NCBI GenBank assembly: GCA_030605765.1
Contig: JAUWHP010000045.1
Location: 1-55,350 of the forward strand
Source of the DNA: Dehalococcoidia bacterium
GTDB lineage: Bacteria; Chloroflexota; Dehalococcoidia; GIF9; AB-539-J10
Direction of reading: 5' to 3'
DNA: 55,350 bases
The notes under the pieces are model-generated. The model was not told the origin of the DNA and made no database searches. It saw only the letters and a list, made by a program, of their open reading frames with translations. Both the position numbers and the translations under genes were made by a program. Positions 34,417 to 44,351 of the stretch are shown in pieces. Position 1 is the stretch's first letter; each line of letters opens with the position of its first letter.

Positions 34417-37173
34417 TTGATGTCAGCAGAAAAGAACATACAAAATAAGAAAGAGCGCCTGTTATTGCTCTTAGACGGCACTGCTTTAGCGCATCGTGCA
34501 TTTCATGCCTTGCCTCCATTGACAGTACCTAAAACGGGGGAGGCGATAAATGCTGTTTATGGCTTTGCCAGTACATTGCTCAAGATGCTTGCTGAACTTA
34601 AACCGACTCATTGGGCTGTCGCTTTCGATCGCCCCACTCCAACCTTCAGGCACGAAAAATTCAAAGAATATAAGGCACAACGCCCCAAAGCACCAGAGGA
34701 GCTGAAAAGCCAGTTAAAACGCATTCACCAACTGGCGAATAGCTTCCACATTCCTATTTTTGAAATCGATGGCTTTGAAGCCGACGACATTTTGGGCACT
34801 TTGAGCAAGCAGTCTAATGAGCATGGCATTGAAAGTATTATCGTTACCGGCGACAATGACATACTGCAGCTTGTAGTGCCGGGAGTAAAAGCCTTGATGC
34901 CAAGGCGGACATTCAAGGACACGATTCTTTATAACGAACAGGCAGTTAAGCAAAAGTACGGCATCGCACCAGCACAAATCACCGATCTTAAGGCGCTAGC
35001 TGGTGATGCTTCAGATAACATCCCCGGCATTCCAGGCATCGGCGAGAAAACAGCCACTAAATTAATCCAACAATATGGCAGCGTTGAAGGAATCTATGTC
35101 CATATTGAACAGATAGTGCCGAGCAAGCTACAAACAACGCTGCGCCAATATCGATCCCGGGCTTTCCAAAATAAGGAACTAGTCACCATAGTTAGAGATG
35201 TTCCCATTAGTTTAAGCCTAGAAAGCTGCCAGGTAAGCGCCTATGACCGGACTGAGGTGGTAGCGCTATTCCGGGAGCTTGAGTTCATCCAACTGCTACC
35301 CAGATTGCCACAGGACAGTTATCAGCTAACAGTCGACAACTTTCAGAGAGGCACCTATCAAATAATAAACACCGAGCTTGCCCTGAGTCAGTTGTTAGAT
35401 CAACTCAAGGCAACAAATGAAATAGCCATTGACCTCGAAACCGCCCTCACCCCCTCCCTTGAAGGGAAAGGTATTAAGAGTGAGGCCATGGCAGCAAAGT
35501 TGGTGGGAATAGCAATATCTCCAGCTTCAGGAAAAGCATTTTATATGCCGCTAGGACACCGCGGCTTAAACCAACCTGAGCAACTACCACAAGCTCGAGT
35601 CATAGAGGCGCTAAAGCCAATCTTAGAAGCTAAGAACATAGAGAAAATAGCTTATAGTGGTAAACATGATATGGCCGCGTTGGCTAATTATAGAGTGAAG
35701 CTGGAAAATTTGAATTTTGACCTTATGCTTGCCGCTCACCTGCTGGGAGAAAAAAATCTGAGCCTTAAAGCAATTGCCTTCAACAAACTGGGAATTGAAA
35801 TACCGCTCCTCACTGATTTGATTGGCACGGGGAAAAAACAAGTTTCCTTAGCCACACTAGAAATGAGAAAAGTTGCCGATTATGCTTGCACAAATGCTGA
35901 TATCGCCTGGAGCTTAAAAGATAGCTTAGCGAGTGAGCTGAATCAGCAAGGATTATGTCAACTCTTCGACACAGTAGAACTGCCCTTAATTCCAGTTCTT
36001 TTAGCCATGGAGCAAAATGGCATTGCTCTCGACACTCGCTTGCTAAGAGAAATGTCTCTCGAATTAGGCAAGGAAATGATGAATCTAGAAACGCAAATCT
36101 ATAACAGCATCGGCTATAAATTCAACATCAATTCCTCCCACCAACTAGCTGGTGTGCTGTTTGAACAACTCAAACTACCCCGGTCTCGCAAAACAAAAAC
36201 CGGGTATTCCACACAGGCCTCGGTGCTTGAAGAATTAAAAGGCCTCCACCCCATAGTTGAACTTGTGTTGCAGTATCGTCAACTCGGTAAACTTAAATCA
36301 ACGTATGTTGATGCTCTACCTGCGCTTGTCAATCCTGAAACTGGCAGAGTGCACACCAATTTTAACCAAACAGGCACTTCCACGGGACGGCTTTCCTCGA
36401 ACGAGCCGAACTTACAAAATATCCCTGTAAGAGGAAAACTGGGAAATAGAATACGGCAAGCTATTATTGCCCCACCTGGTTCATATCTCTTAAGTGCTGA
36501 TTACTCCCAGGTTGACCTCAGGGCGCTAGCGCATCTTTCCCAGGATTCTGACCTTATCGCTGCCTTTGCCCACAACGAGGATATCCACACCACAACTGCT
36601 GCAAAACTTTTTGGCGTTCCCCCCGACAACGTAAATGCCGAGATGCGTCGAGTTGCCAAGACGGTTAACTTTGGCATTATTTATGGTATGAGTGATTATG
36701 GATTAGAGCAAGCCACTGAACTTAACCGTGAGGAAGCTACACAATTCATCGCTTTATACTTTGAAAGATATCCCGGGGTAAAGGAATATATTGAGAAAAT
36801 CAAAGAGCAAGCCAGGCGATCAGGCTACGTACAAACAGTGATGGGAAGACGGAGACTCATACCTGAAATCAATTCCCTAAATCGACAGATTCGAGAAGCA
36901 GCAGAGAGGATGGCCATAAATGCCCCTGTGCAAGGAACCTCTGCTGATATTATCAAAATCGCTATGATCAATATATATCGTGAAATGAAAACCCGAAATT
37001 TAAACAGCAAGATGCTCCTTCAAATTCATGATGAACTGCTCTTTGAGGTGCCTCAGGAGGAAATAGAGGAGATGAAATCCCTGCTCACTGAGCTTATGCC
37101 CGAAGCCATTAAGCTTTGTGTACCCTTAACAATAGATATCAAGCTGGGGGAAAACTGGGGTGAGATGGCATAG
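34417..37173 (+). CDS. polA: DNA polymerase I
   Basis: 5'-nuclease (FEADD, GDASDNIPG), TGRLSS, ADYSQ, AKTVNFGIIYG, QIHDEL. Confidence 0.98.
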   Translation: MMSAEKNIQNKKERLLLLLDGTALAHRAFHALPPLTVPKTGEAINAVYGFASTLLKMLAELKPTHWAVAFDRPTPTFRHEKFKEYKAQRPKAPEELKSQLKRIHQLANSFHIPIFEIDGFEADDILGTLSKQSNEHGIESIIVTGDNDILQLVVPGVKALMPRRTFKDTILYNEQAVKQKYGIAPAQITDLKALAGDASDNIPGIPGIGEKTATKLIQQYGSVEGIYVHIEQIVPSKLQTTLRQYRSRAFQNKELVTIVRDVPISLSLESCQVSAYDRTEVVALFRELEFIQLLPRLPQDSYQLTVDNFQRGTYQIINTELALSQLLDQLKATNEIAIDLETALTPSLEGKGIKSEAMAAKLVGIAISPASGKAFYMPLGHRGLNQPEQLPQARVIEALKPILEAKNIEKIAYSGKHDMAALANYRVKLENLNFDLMLAAHLLGEKNLSLKAIAFNKLGIEIPLLTDLIGTGKKQVSLATLEMRKVADYACTNADIAWSLKDSLASELNQQGLCQLFDTVELPLIPVLLAMEQNGIALDTRLLREMSLELGKEMMNLETQIYNSIGYKFNINSSHQLAGVLFEQLKLPRSRKTKTGYSTQASVLEELKGLHPIVELVLQYRQLGKLKSTYVDALPALVNPETGRVHTNFNQTGTSTGRLSSNEPNLQNIPVRGKLGNRIRQAIIAPPGSYLLSADYSQVDLRALAHLSQDSDLIAAFAHNEDIHTTTAAKLFGVPPDNVNAEMRRVAKTVNFGIIYGMSDYGLEQATELNREEATQFIALYFERYPGVKEYIEKIKEQARRSGYVQTVMGRRRLIPEINSLNRQIREAAERMAINAPVQGTSADIIKIAMINIYREMKTRNLNSKMLLQIHDELLFEVPQEEIEEMKSLLTELMPEAIKLCVPLTIDIKLGENWGEMA
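35316..35340. repeat. 7-bp periodic repeat remnant in the polA inter-domain linker
   Basis: CAGTTAT CAGCTAA CAGTCGA CAAC. Confidence 0.35.
35444..35486. repeat. Palindromic element, in frame in the polA 3'-5' exonuclease domain
   Basis: CCTCAC...TCCCTTGAAGGGA...GTGAGG nested hairpin; the 14-mer ATTAAGAGTGAGGC is identical to 54709-54722. Confidence 0.7.
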
Positions 37174-37178
37174 CTTAA

Positions 37179-37240
37179 CAAATACGAAATCTTCAACTCT
37201 AAATTCCAAATATGGGGATTTTGGATTTGTTCAGGATTTC
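37179..37240. repeat. Inverted 7-bp-periodic repeat (AAATCC(A/G)AAAT / ATTTTGGATTT) between the convergent polA and nfnB
   Basis: CAAATACGAAATCTTCAACTCTAAATTCCAAAT...GGATTTTGGATTTGTTCAGGATTT; the nfnB stop lies inside it. Confidence 0.55.
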
Positions 37241-38643
37241 CCCTGAAGATATGCATCAATATCAACCGCAGCTCGTTTGCCAGCTCCCATTGCACTAATA
37301 ACTGTAGCTGCCCCAGTAGCCATGTCACCACCACACCAAACTCCTTCCTTACTTGTTCTGCCTGTAGCATCATCAGTAATTATAGTGCCCCATCTAGTAA
37401 GTTCAAGCCCTTTAGTTGTTGAAGGGATAATCGGATTGGGTCTGGTGCCCAAAGCAACAATTGCCGTGTCTATCTCCATAATGAATTCGGTGTTTGGCTT
37501 TGGTATCGGTCGGCGTCGACCACTTTCGTCGGGTTCGCCAAGCTCCATCTCATATAATTCTACTGCCTTGACCCTGCCTTGCTCATCCCCGATAAATCTC
37601 TTAGGATTAGTTAAAAGCTTGAAAACGATTCCCTCCTCTTCAGCATTGTCTCTTTCTTCAGCTCTGGCTGGCATCTCCACTCTAGAACGTCGATAGATAA
37701 TGTATACTTTTCCGGCTCCAAGTCTTAAGGCGCACCTGGAAGCATCCATAGCTACATTTCCTCCACCAAAAACCACCACTTCTTTCCCTACTTTTATCGG
37801 AGTATCGTATTCAGGGAAGGCATAAGCCTTCATCAAATTTGTTCGAGTAAGGAATTCATTAGCGGAATAAATACCACTCAGATTCTCTCCAGGAATATTC
37901 AGAAACATTGGTGCTCCAGCTCCCGGAGCTAAGAAAACAGCATCAAACCCGTTTCCCAAAAGATCATCTACTGTAGCTATTTTGCCTATCACTTGATCAA
38001 ATTTGATCTCCTCACTCAGAGACCTGACATAATTGGCTTCGGCCTGAACGATGTCTTTAGGCAGCCTAAATTCGGGTATACCATACATCAGCACCCCACC
38101 TGCGACGTGGAGAGCTTCAAATATAGTAACCCCATACCCCAGTTTAGCCAGTTCAGCAGCGCAAGTTAAACCCGCTGGTCCAGAGCCAACCACAGCTACT
38201 CTCTTACCATTAAATCTTGCACAGTTTTTTTGCTGTCCAATAATTTCGGGGTGATATCTTTCCCAATCAGCCACATACCGTTCTAAGCGGCCTATAGCAA
38301 TAGGAGCACCTTTTTTCGCTAAAGCGCAGGTCATCTCACATTGAGTTTCCTGGGGGCAAACTCGCCCACAAATGCCAGGGAGGCTGTTCTTATCTTTAAG
38401 CACCCTCACTGCTTCAGGCATATTACCTTCACTTATCGCTCTTATGAACCCAGGAATATCTATGTCGACGGGGCAGCCATCTATGCATGAAGATTTCTTG
38501 CACTGAATGCAGCGGCTTGCTTCTCTAAGAGCTTGCTCTTCCGTATATCCCAGGGCTACTTCGCTAAAATTCTTCTTTCTTACCAAAGGTTCTTGCTTTG
38601 GCATTGACACGCGATTTAAATCTAATTTCTTCTTCTCACTCAT
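37231..38643 (-). CDS. nfnB: NfnB / GltD-like NADPH-binding subunit of electron-bifurcating transhydrogenase
   Basis: CIQC...CIDGCP, CGRVCPQETQCE, GSGPAG, YGIPEFRL, GGGNVAMD, YRR; coupled to nfnA. Confidence 0.9.
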   Translation of the reverse strand: MSEKKKLDLNRVSMPKQEPLVRKKNFSEVALGYTEEQALREASRCIQCKKSSCIDGCPVDIDIPGFIRAISEGNMPEAVRVLKDKNSLPGICGRVCPQETQCEMTCALAKKGAPIAIGRLERYVADWERYHPEIIGQQKNCARFNGKRVAVVGSGPAGLTCAAELAKLGYGVTIFEALHVAGGVLMYGIPEFRLPKDIVQAEANYVRSLSEEIKFDQVIGKIATVDDLLGNGFDAVFLAPGAGAPMFLNIPGENLSGIYSANEFLTRTNLMKAYAFPEYDTPIKVGKEVVVFGGGNVAMDASRCALRLGAGKVYIIYRRSRVEMPARAEERDNAEEEGIVFKLLTNPKRFIGDEQGRVKAVELYEMELGEPDESGRRRPIPKPNTEFIMEIDTAIVALGTRPNPIIPSTTKGLELTRWGTIITDDATGRTSKEGVWCGGDMATGAATVISAMGAGKRAAVDIDAYLQGKS

Positions 38644-39481
38644 TTACTATCGCCCCTGCCATCTTCTTTTTCCAGAGCTCTAGCGATTCCTTTTCTTCAT
38701 CTAAATAAGTACGCTGACGCTTCATCAGCAAATCCCAATCAACTTCATGCCCATCAAAATCTGGCCCATCCACACAGGCAAACTTAGTTTCACCACCTAT
38801 CGATACACGACAGCAGCCACACATTCCGGTGCCATCAACCATTATGGGGTTAAGACTGACGATGGTTTTCACACCAAAAGGCTTGGTAGTCAAGGAGCAA
38901 AATTTCATCATTACTGTAGGGCCAATAGCAATTACCCTTCCAATTCTTGTTTCTTGCAAAAGCTCCTTCAATGGCTCAGTCACAAGTCCTTTACGCTTAT
39001 ACGAGCCATCATCGGTAGTCACAATAAGCTCGTCGCTTACGCTGCCTAACCGCTCTTCCCAGAAAACGAGATCTTTCGTACGGAATCCCATAATTGATAC
39101 AACTCTGTTACCAGCTTTCCTCATCGCCCGAGCAATGGGCACTATGGTGGCAATCGCAAATCCCCCAGCAACGCAGACGACAGTGCCGAATTGTTCAATC
39201 TCTGTAGGCCGGCCTAGTGGACCAACAAAATCAACTATACTATCACCTGTATTGAGCACAGCCAATTTCCTGGTAGATGTGCCTACTTCCATGAAAACAA
39301 TGGTCACACTCCCCTCTTTTCCATCCCAATCAGCGATGGTCAACGGAATACGTTCTCCCTTTTCATCAATTCTAACAATGATGAACTGGCCCGCTTGGGC
39401 TTTCCTGGCTACCCCAGGTGCTTCAATTTTGAGCAGGTGAATTTCTGAAGTGAGATCCTCTCTGTCCAAGATCCTGTACAT
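38636..39481 (-). CDS. nfnA: NfnA / SudB-like FAD-[2Fe-2S] subunit
   Basis: GERIPLTIAD, GPLG, MVDGTGMCGCCRV, ACVDGPDF. Confidence 0.92.
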   Translation of the reverse strand: MYRILDREDLTSEIHLLKIEAPGVARKAQAGQFIIVRIDEKGERIPLTIADWDGKEGSVTIVFMEVGTSTRKLAVLNTGDSIVDFVGPLGRPTEIEQFGTVVCVAGGFAIATIVPIARAMRKAGNRVVSIMGFRTKDLVFWEERLGSVSDELIVTTDDGSYKRKGLVTEPLKELLQETRIGRVIAIGPTVMMKFCSLTTKPFGVKTIVSLNPIMVDGTGMCGCCRVSIGGETKFACVDGPDFDGHEVDWDLLMKRQRTYLDEEKESLELWKKKMAGAIVNE

Positions 39482-39572
39482 ATACCCCCCTTAGTGGCTC
39501 ATCGTAGAATCAGGCAATTATAGCACTGAAGGTTGGATTTTATAAGGTTTACGTTGTTAAACTAATCAGGAA

Positions 39573-40385
39573 ATGCCTGAGTTACCCGAAGTAGAGACGA
39601 TAAAGAATGAACTTTTACCCTGGGTACGTGGGCAAAGCTTCACTCAGGTTACCATTTTTGATCCTAAAATAGTGTTCTGCGCTTCCACCGAGGAATTTCC
39701 TCGCAACCTGGTTGCCCAGAGGGTAGAAAACCTTGAACGCCGCGGGAAATATCTCATATTCAATTTAGCCAGCAAACAAGTGCTAATCATGCACTTAAAA
39801 ATGACTGGTGTCCTCCTGCTAAATCCTAGAACGTTTGATTCATATGCCAGGGCAGCTTTTAGTTTTTCCAATGATATTCAAATTGTTTTCAGCGATCGAC
39901 GCCGGCTGGGGGCAATATGGCTGGCAGAAAATGCTGATGCTGTGGTAGGCAAACTAGGACCTGAGCCATTAAGCGACGATTTCACTCTTGATGCTCTGGC
40001 ACAGCTATTGGAAAAGCACCACATTCCTATAAAGGCAGCCCTCATTGATCAAAATCTCATTGCCGGCATTGGTAACATGTATGCCGATGAAATTCTTTTC
40101 GCTGCCAAAATTCACCCTTTGAGAAAAGCAAATGCCTTGACACCCCAAGAAATACAAATCCTACATCGCTGCATCCGTGAAATCCTATGGTCAGCTATAA
40201 ACAGCAAAGGTGCCAGCGTTAGTACCTATATTAGGCCCGAAAGGCAGATTGGCACAGCCCAGTTGGCTTTCAAGGTTGCTCATCAATACGGCAAACTCTG
40301 CCCCATTTGCGGCACATCAATCCAGCGGGTTCTGGTGCGAGGTCGGGGCAGCTACTTCTGCCCCAATTGCCAACCTCTACTATAG
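39573..40385 (+). CDS. mutM: Formamidopyrimidine-DNA glycosylase
   Basis: MPELPEVET, RRGKYL, HLKMTG, GIGNMYADE, C-terminal CPIC...CPNCQ zinc finger. Confidence 0.97.
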   Translation: MPELPEVETIKNELLPWVRGQSFTQVTIFDPKIVFCASTEEFPRNLVAQRVENLERRGKYLIFNLASKQVLIMHLKMTGVLLLNPRTFDSYARAAFSFSNDIQIVFSDRRRLGAIWLAENADAVVGKLGPEPLSDDFTLDALAQLLEKHHIPIKAALIDQNLIAGIGNMYADEILFAAKIHPLRKANALTPQEIQILHRCIREILWSAINSKGASVSTYIRPERQIGTAQLAFKVAHQYGKLCPICGTSIQRVLVRGRGSYFCPNCQPLL

Positions 40386-40416
40386 CACTCAAAATTCAAT
40401 TAACACCAATAGATAT

Positions 40417-40872
40417 TTACCAGGGCCGTTTTTCAATTGCCAGTTGCTCCCGGGAATCCTTCAATCTCGAAGAAATAAGCTCAGCCAGATTCTCCATCAC
40501 AATCGCGCCAAGGTGAGCATTAGTTCGACACAGGTTACTCATTTCACCACCATCAATAACAATAACCGTACCCTTTTCCATGCATATTGCTCCAGCTGTA
40601 AACACATGTGGTTTCACCAAGGCAGACCAGCCAAAAGCTCCGCCCGCAGAAACAGACCGCACAAGCAGTGGTTTAGTTTGCGCTTCTCTTATCTCGATAG
40701 ATATTCTCCCTTCTTTTACCACATACAGGTTTTTGGCTTTGTCACCTTCATGGAAAATAACTGCTCCTGTATCATAACTTTCTTCGTGGCAGATCCTATC
40801 TACCAATCTGATATCATCATCACCAAGTCCTTTGAAGTATTCAGCTTTCCTGAGTGTATCTATATAGCTCAT
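40417..40872 (-). CDS. Stand-alone cyclic nucleotide-binding domain protein
   Basis: IFHEGDKA, LYVVKEG, FGWSALV; no HTH. Confidence 0.85.
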   Translation of the reverse strand: MSYIDTLRKAEYFKGLGDDDIRLVDRICHEESYDTGAVIFHEGDKAKNLYVVKEGRISIEIREAQTKPLLVRSVSAGGAFGWSALVKPHVFTAGAICMEKGTVIVIDGGEMSNLCRTNAHLGAIVMENLAELISSRLKDSREQLAIEKRPW

Positions 40873-41027
40873 ATCAACCCCCTTCCCTATTCGTTATTCC
40901 TAACTATACTACCCAACCACTATATTATCAACAACTAATGCTGTAGTATAATTTTCACTCCACAAACTGAGAGGCACAGCATACTATACAAGATGAAATG
41001 ACGCTTTCTCGCCACGGCTTTACAAAG

Positions 41028-43049
41028 CTACACTGGCGCCTCAACTATTACTGACGTTCCCTTACCCGGTTCAGAGTTTATTTCCAGGTTGCCACCCAAT
41101 AATCGTACTCTCTCTTGCATGCCAACCAAACCAAGCTTGCCGTCCCGGGATAGATCGTCTATCTTTCCAAGGGCCTGAAATCCGATGCCATTATCTCTTA
41201 CGCTGGCAGTGATTTTGTTTTCCGCGAATTCAATCAACACTTCAGCGTTTGAGGCATGAGAATGTCTTCCAACATTTCTCAATGCTTCCTGGATAATACG
41301 AAAGAGAAGCAATTCAACTTCTGGTACGAACCTTCGCTCAGAGCCATGTACCTGTAAGCTGATCCTTATCCCATACGTAGTCTTGAATTCTCGGCTGACC
41401 CAGTGCAATGCAGCAAGCAAACCCACATCGTCGAGAATAGCGGGGCGTAGGTCACGACTAAGGTATCGCACTCCTTGCACTATATCTTTAACCTGTTCGT
41501 GAATAGCCCATAGCTCTCTAGCCTCCTCCAAAGGCAGATTCTCCTGACTGTCCGAGAAATTTTCCAGCCTATGGAGCAAAGCAATAAGGTTTTGAGCAGT
41601 GCTATCATGGAGTTCACGAGAAATACGCAGGCGCTCATCCTCCTGAGCTTTAGTGATCTGCCGGACATAAGAGCGCAGGCTTTCCTGCATTTTTGCCTCT
41701 TCGGTTATATCTCGAGCAATGTTTTGAAAGGCTTTGGATTGACCATCACCGTAAATTAGATTGGTGGTTAACCTCAGTGTAGCCTGAGTACCATCCTTTC
41801 GTATGAGGTGTTGTCTGTAAGGTTGTTGAACGGGTTCGCCATGAAGCAAGGAACGCCGCACCTCATTTGCTGTTTCCAAGTCCTCCGGCGAAAGAAAATC
41901 TTTCGTCTTCATATTGGACAATTTCTCTTTACTAAACCCCGTGAGCATTTCGCTTGCTCTGTTAGCGGATATGATATTACCCTCCAGGTCATCGATCCAG
42001 ATGGCATCGTGAGCATTCTCGAATAGCTCGCGGTAGTGCTTTTCGGACCGACGCAGTTGATCCGTTATTATTAACTGGTCCTGGTGGAGGCGAGCATTAT
42101 CAATGGCGGTGCCAACTTCATTACCCATAACTGTAAGCAGGGCTATGTCCTTAGCAGTAAATTGTCTATATTGATGCATACCTATGCATAGTGTGCCCAC
42201 AACTCGAGCTCTGGATCTCATAGGGACTATAAGTTGCGAATGAAGCCCTTCTTTCCTCACCACTTCCCTGCTCAATCTGGGATCCAGGGACGCATCTTCT
42301 ACTACTAAGGGCTCCCCTGTTTCCGCAACACGTCCATTAAAGCCTTCCCCCAGTTTCATCCTCTCCACGCCACCGGCAAATTCTAAAGATACCCCTTCAC
42401 TGGATATGAGCATCAAGGCATTTGCCTCTTCCTCAAGACTAAATACGAGGACGATGTCCACTCCCATTACGCTCATGATCATAACGGTAGCAGAACGTAG
42501 GAGCGGCTCCAACTCTGGAGATTGTGTGAGTAAGTTAGATAATCTGCTCAGGGCAGCTAGGTCTTTCTCATGTTTCATTGTGCTTCGAATTTGAGTGCGG
42601 AGCTTGCCTTGAGATATCGCCACTATTTCTCTAACCTGTTCTCGTTGCTCTATGGCCTGCATCCGCTCGCTTCGCGCCTTGAACCAGAGATTTGTCGTGA
42701 CGCCTGCCAAGATTACAATGGTCGTCTCAAACAAAGCATCAACGGGATTCACGGAAATGAAAACAGCTCGAGGTAACATAAGAAGCAAAACAGCGGAGCT
42801 TGCAACTAACCCAGTTGTGGCGCCGAAGGTATAGCCAGCATAGACTATAAGAGCAAGATAAAACACGCGATCTGCTGTGTGGCGGCTCAAACCAAAGAGC
42901 GAATTGTACGATAACAGAGTGGGTATACCCATCTGCTCAAAATAGTGATTAGCCGTACAAAGCATAAGAAGAGTCAATATAATCCAGAAATGGTAGCTTC
43001 GTACGTCTATCTTGGCTTTTGGGAGCATTTTCGATGGTATATCACTCAA
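41028..43049 (-). CDS. Membrane sensor histidine kinase (TM-GAF-PAS-HisKA_3-HATPase)
   Basis: N-terminal TM helices, GEGFNGRVA GAF, ENAHDAI PAS, RELHD, QEALRNVGRH, DNGIGF, GLVGMQER. Confidence 0.93.
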   Translation of the reverse strand: MSDIPSKMLPKAKIDVRSYHFWIILTLLMLCTANHYFEQMGIPTLLSYNSLFGLSRHTADRVFYLALIVYAGYTFGATTGLVASSAVLLLMLPRAVFISVNPVDALFETTIVILAGVTTNLWFKARSERMQAIEQREQVREIVAISQGKLRTQIRSTMKHEKDLAALSRLSNLLTQSPELEPLLRSATVMIMSVMGVDIVLVFSLEEEANALMLISSEGVSLEFAGGVERMKLGEGFNGRVAETGEPLVVEDASLDPRLSREVVRKEGLHSQLIVPMRSRARVVGTLCIGMHQYRQFTAKDIALLTVMGNEVGTAIDNARLHQDQLIITDQLRRSEKHYRELFENAHDAIWIDDLEGNIISANRASEMLTGFSKEKLSNMKTKDFLSPEDLETANEVRRSLLHGEPVQQPYRQHLIRKDGTQATLRLTTNLIYGDGQSKAFQNIARDITEEAKMQESLRSYVRQITKAQEDERLRISRELHDSTAQNLIALLHRLENFSDSQENLPLEEARELWAIHEQVKDIVQGVRYLSRDLRPAILDDVGLLAALHWVSREFKTTYGIRISLQVHGSERRFVPEVELLLFRIIQEALRNVGRHSHASNAEVLIEFAENKITASVRDNGIGFQALGKIDDLSRDGKLGLVGMQERVRLLGGNLEINSEPGKGTSVIVEAPV

Positions 43050-43050
43050 G

Positions 43051-43740
43051 TCATTTACCAGAGGAAATATCTTCTAACGTGAACCAGTCATGTCTCAGCC
43101 CTTCCATAACTGCCTCAATACGGGACCCAACACCCAATTTATTGAAGATGCTTGTCAAATGGCTTTCGATAGTATGTACGCTAAGGAAGAGCTCGCTGGC
43201 AATCTCCTTGTTGCTCATCCCCGCAGCAGCCATTTTCAATACTTCAAGCTCTCGATCAGTCAATCCTTCCAGTTCTTTCTCAGGTTCCTCTTTCACACTC
43301 TTCTTCCTAAAACGCTCTACCAGCTTCCGGGCTACTGCAGGATGAAGCACTGTCTCCCCCCTATACACAGTGCGAATGGCGTCGACGAGCTCGTGCCCGC
43401 TCATATCCTTCAATAGATAACCAGCAGCGCCTGCCTCTAAGATAGGGAAAATGTACTCCTCATAATCATAAGCAGTAAGTATCAACATGATTGTGCGGGG
43501 ATCAAGTTGTTTTATCTGCTTCGCAGCTTCGATTCCATTAAGCTTGGGCATAGAAATATCTAAGATGACAATATCAGGTTTGAGTTCTCCTGTTAACCGT
43601 ACAGCTTCTTCACCATCACTAGCTTCACCCACCACCTTAATATCCCGCTCACGATCTAGAAACTGGCGGATGCCCTGGCGAACTACCTTATGATCCTCAG
43701 CAAGCAAAACAGTAATCTTCCCCATGCGCATACTCTCCAT
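43051..43740 (-). CDS. NarL/LuxR family response regulator
   Basis: AEDH, LDISMP, GYLLK, LTDRELEVL...SNKEIA HTH. Confidence 0.95.
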   Translation of the reverse strand: MESMRMGKITVLLAEDHKVVRQGIRQFLDRERDIKVVGEASDGEEAVRLTGELKPDIVILDISMPKLNGIEAAKQIKQLDPRTIMLILTAYDYEEYIFPILEAGAAGYLLKDMSGHELVDAIRTVYRGETVLHPAVARKLVERFRKKSVKEEPEKELEGLTDRELEVLKMAAAGMSNKEIASELFLSVHTIESHLTSIFNKLGVGSRIEAVMEGLRHDWFTLEDISSGK

Positions 43741-43996
43741 CGTGAGTTATATTCCTAGTGTCCCTCTCCTATCTCGTATTCTAACTTATTTGACTATTTG
43801 CTTCAACGCGCAATAAGAAGAACCAGTGATGTTTACTTTGCATCAATGAAAACCCTGTATGTGGAGTAGTCAAACCACCTGGCATCAAGGTTCCTTATTT
43901 CAGGGTTTCCTGGGAGTCAAGAAAGGTTGAATGCAGGGATGCTGGCCGGTATGAGAAATGGTTGAATTAAAGTACAAAAAATAAGGAGGGAAAGAA

Positions 43997-44296
43997 ATGG
44001 GTTTAAGAGCATATCTTCTAGTTAATGTAGCTGATGACGTAGAGCAGCAGGAGTTTGTTGAGATGTTAAGAAAACTGGAGGAGGCACCAGGGGTGGATTT
44101 TGTCGACCCGGTTATTGGATCCCGCGACATAGTAATCATGGTAGATGCACCGGTAACAGTGGAGGCCATAGCCAACAGAATACAGGCTACGGAGGGTATT
44201 AAGAATATGGAGATATTGAGGATTGTTTCCATGTTTGAACGCCACCGGGCTTCGAAAAAAGAACTTCTTAAATCTCTGGCTCACAGTGGAGTGTAA
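43997..44296 (+). CDS. Stand-alone Lrp/AsnC ligand-binding (RAM-like) domain protein
   Basis: RAYLLVNV...VIGSRDIVIMV ferredoxin-like fold pattern, no HTH; AGGAGG RBS. Confidence 0.65.
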   Translation: MGLRAYLLVNVADDVEQQEFVEMLRKLEEAPGVDFVDPVIGSRDIVIMVDAPVTVEAIANRIQATEGIKNMEILRIVSMFERHRASKKELLKSLAHSGV

Positions 44297-44351
44297 TTCT
44301 TAGGTCTGATCATTCATCCCACTGTGCTCAATTCCCAGCAAAAGGAGCAAT

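Noticed and set aside
37231-38643. Glutamate synthase small subunit
   Set aside because: No gltB nearby; it overlaps an NfnA/SudB-type gene.
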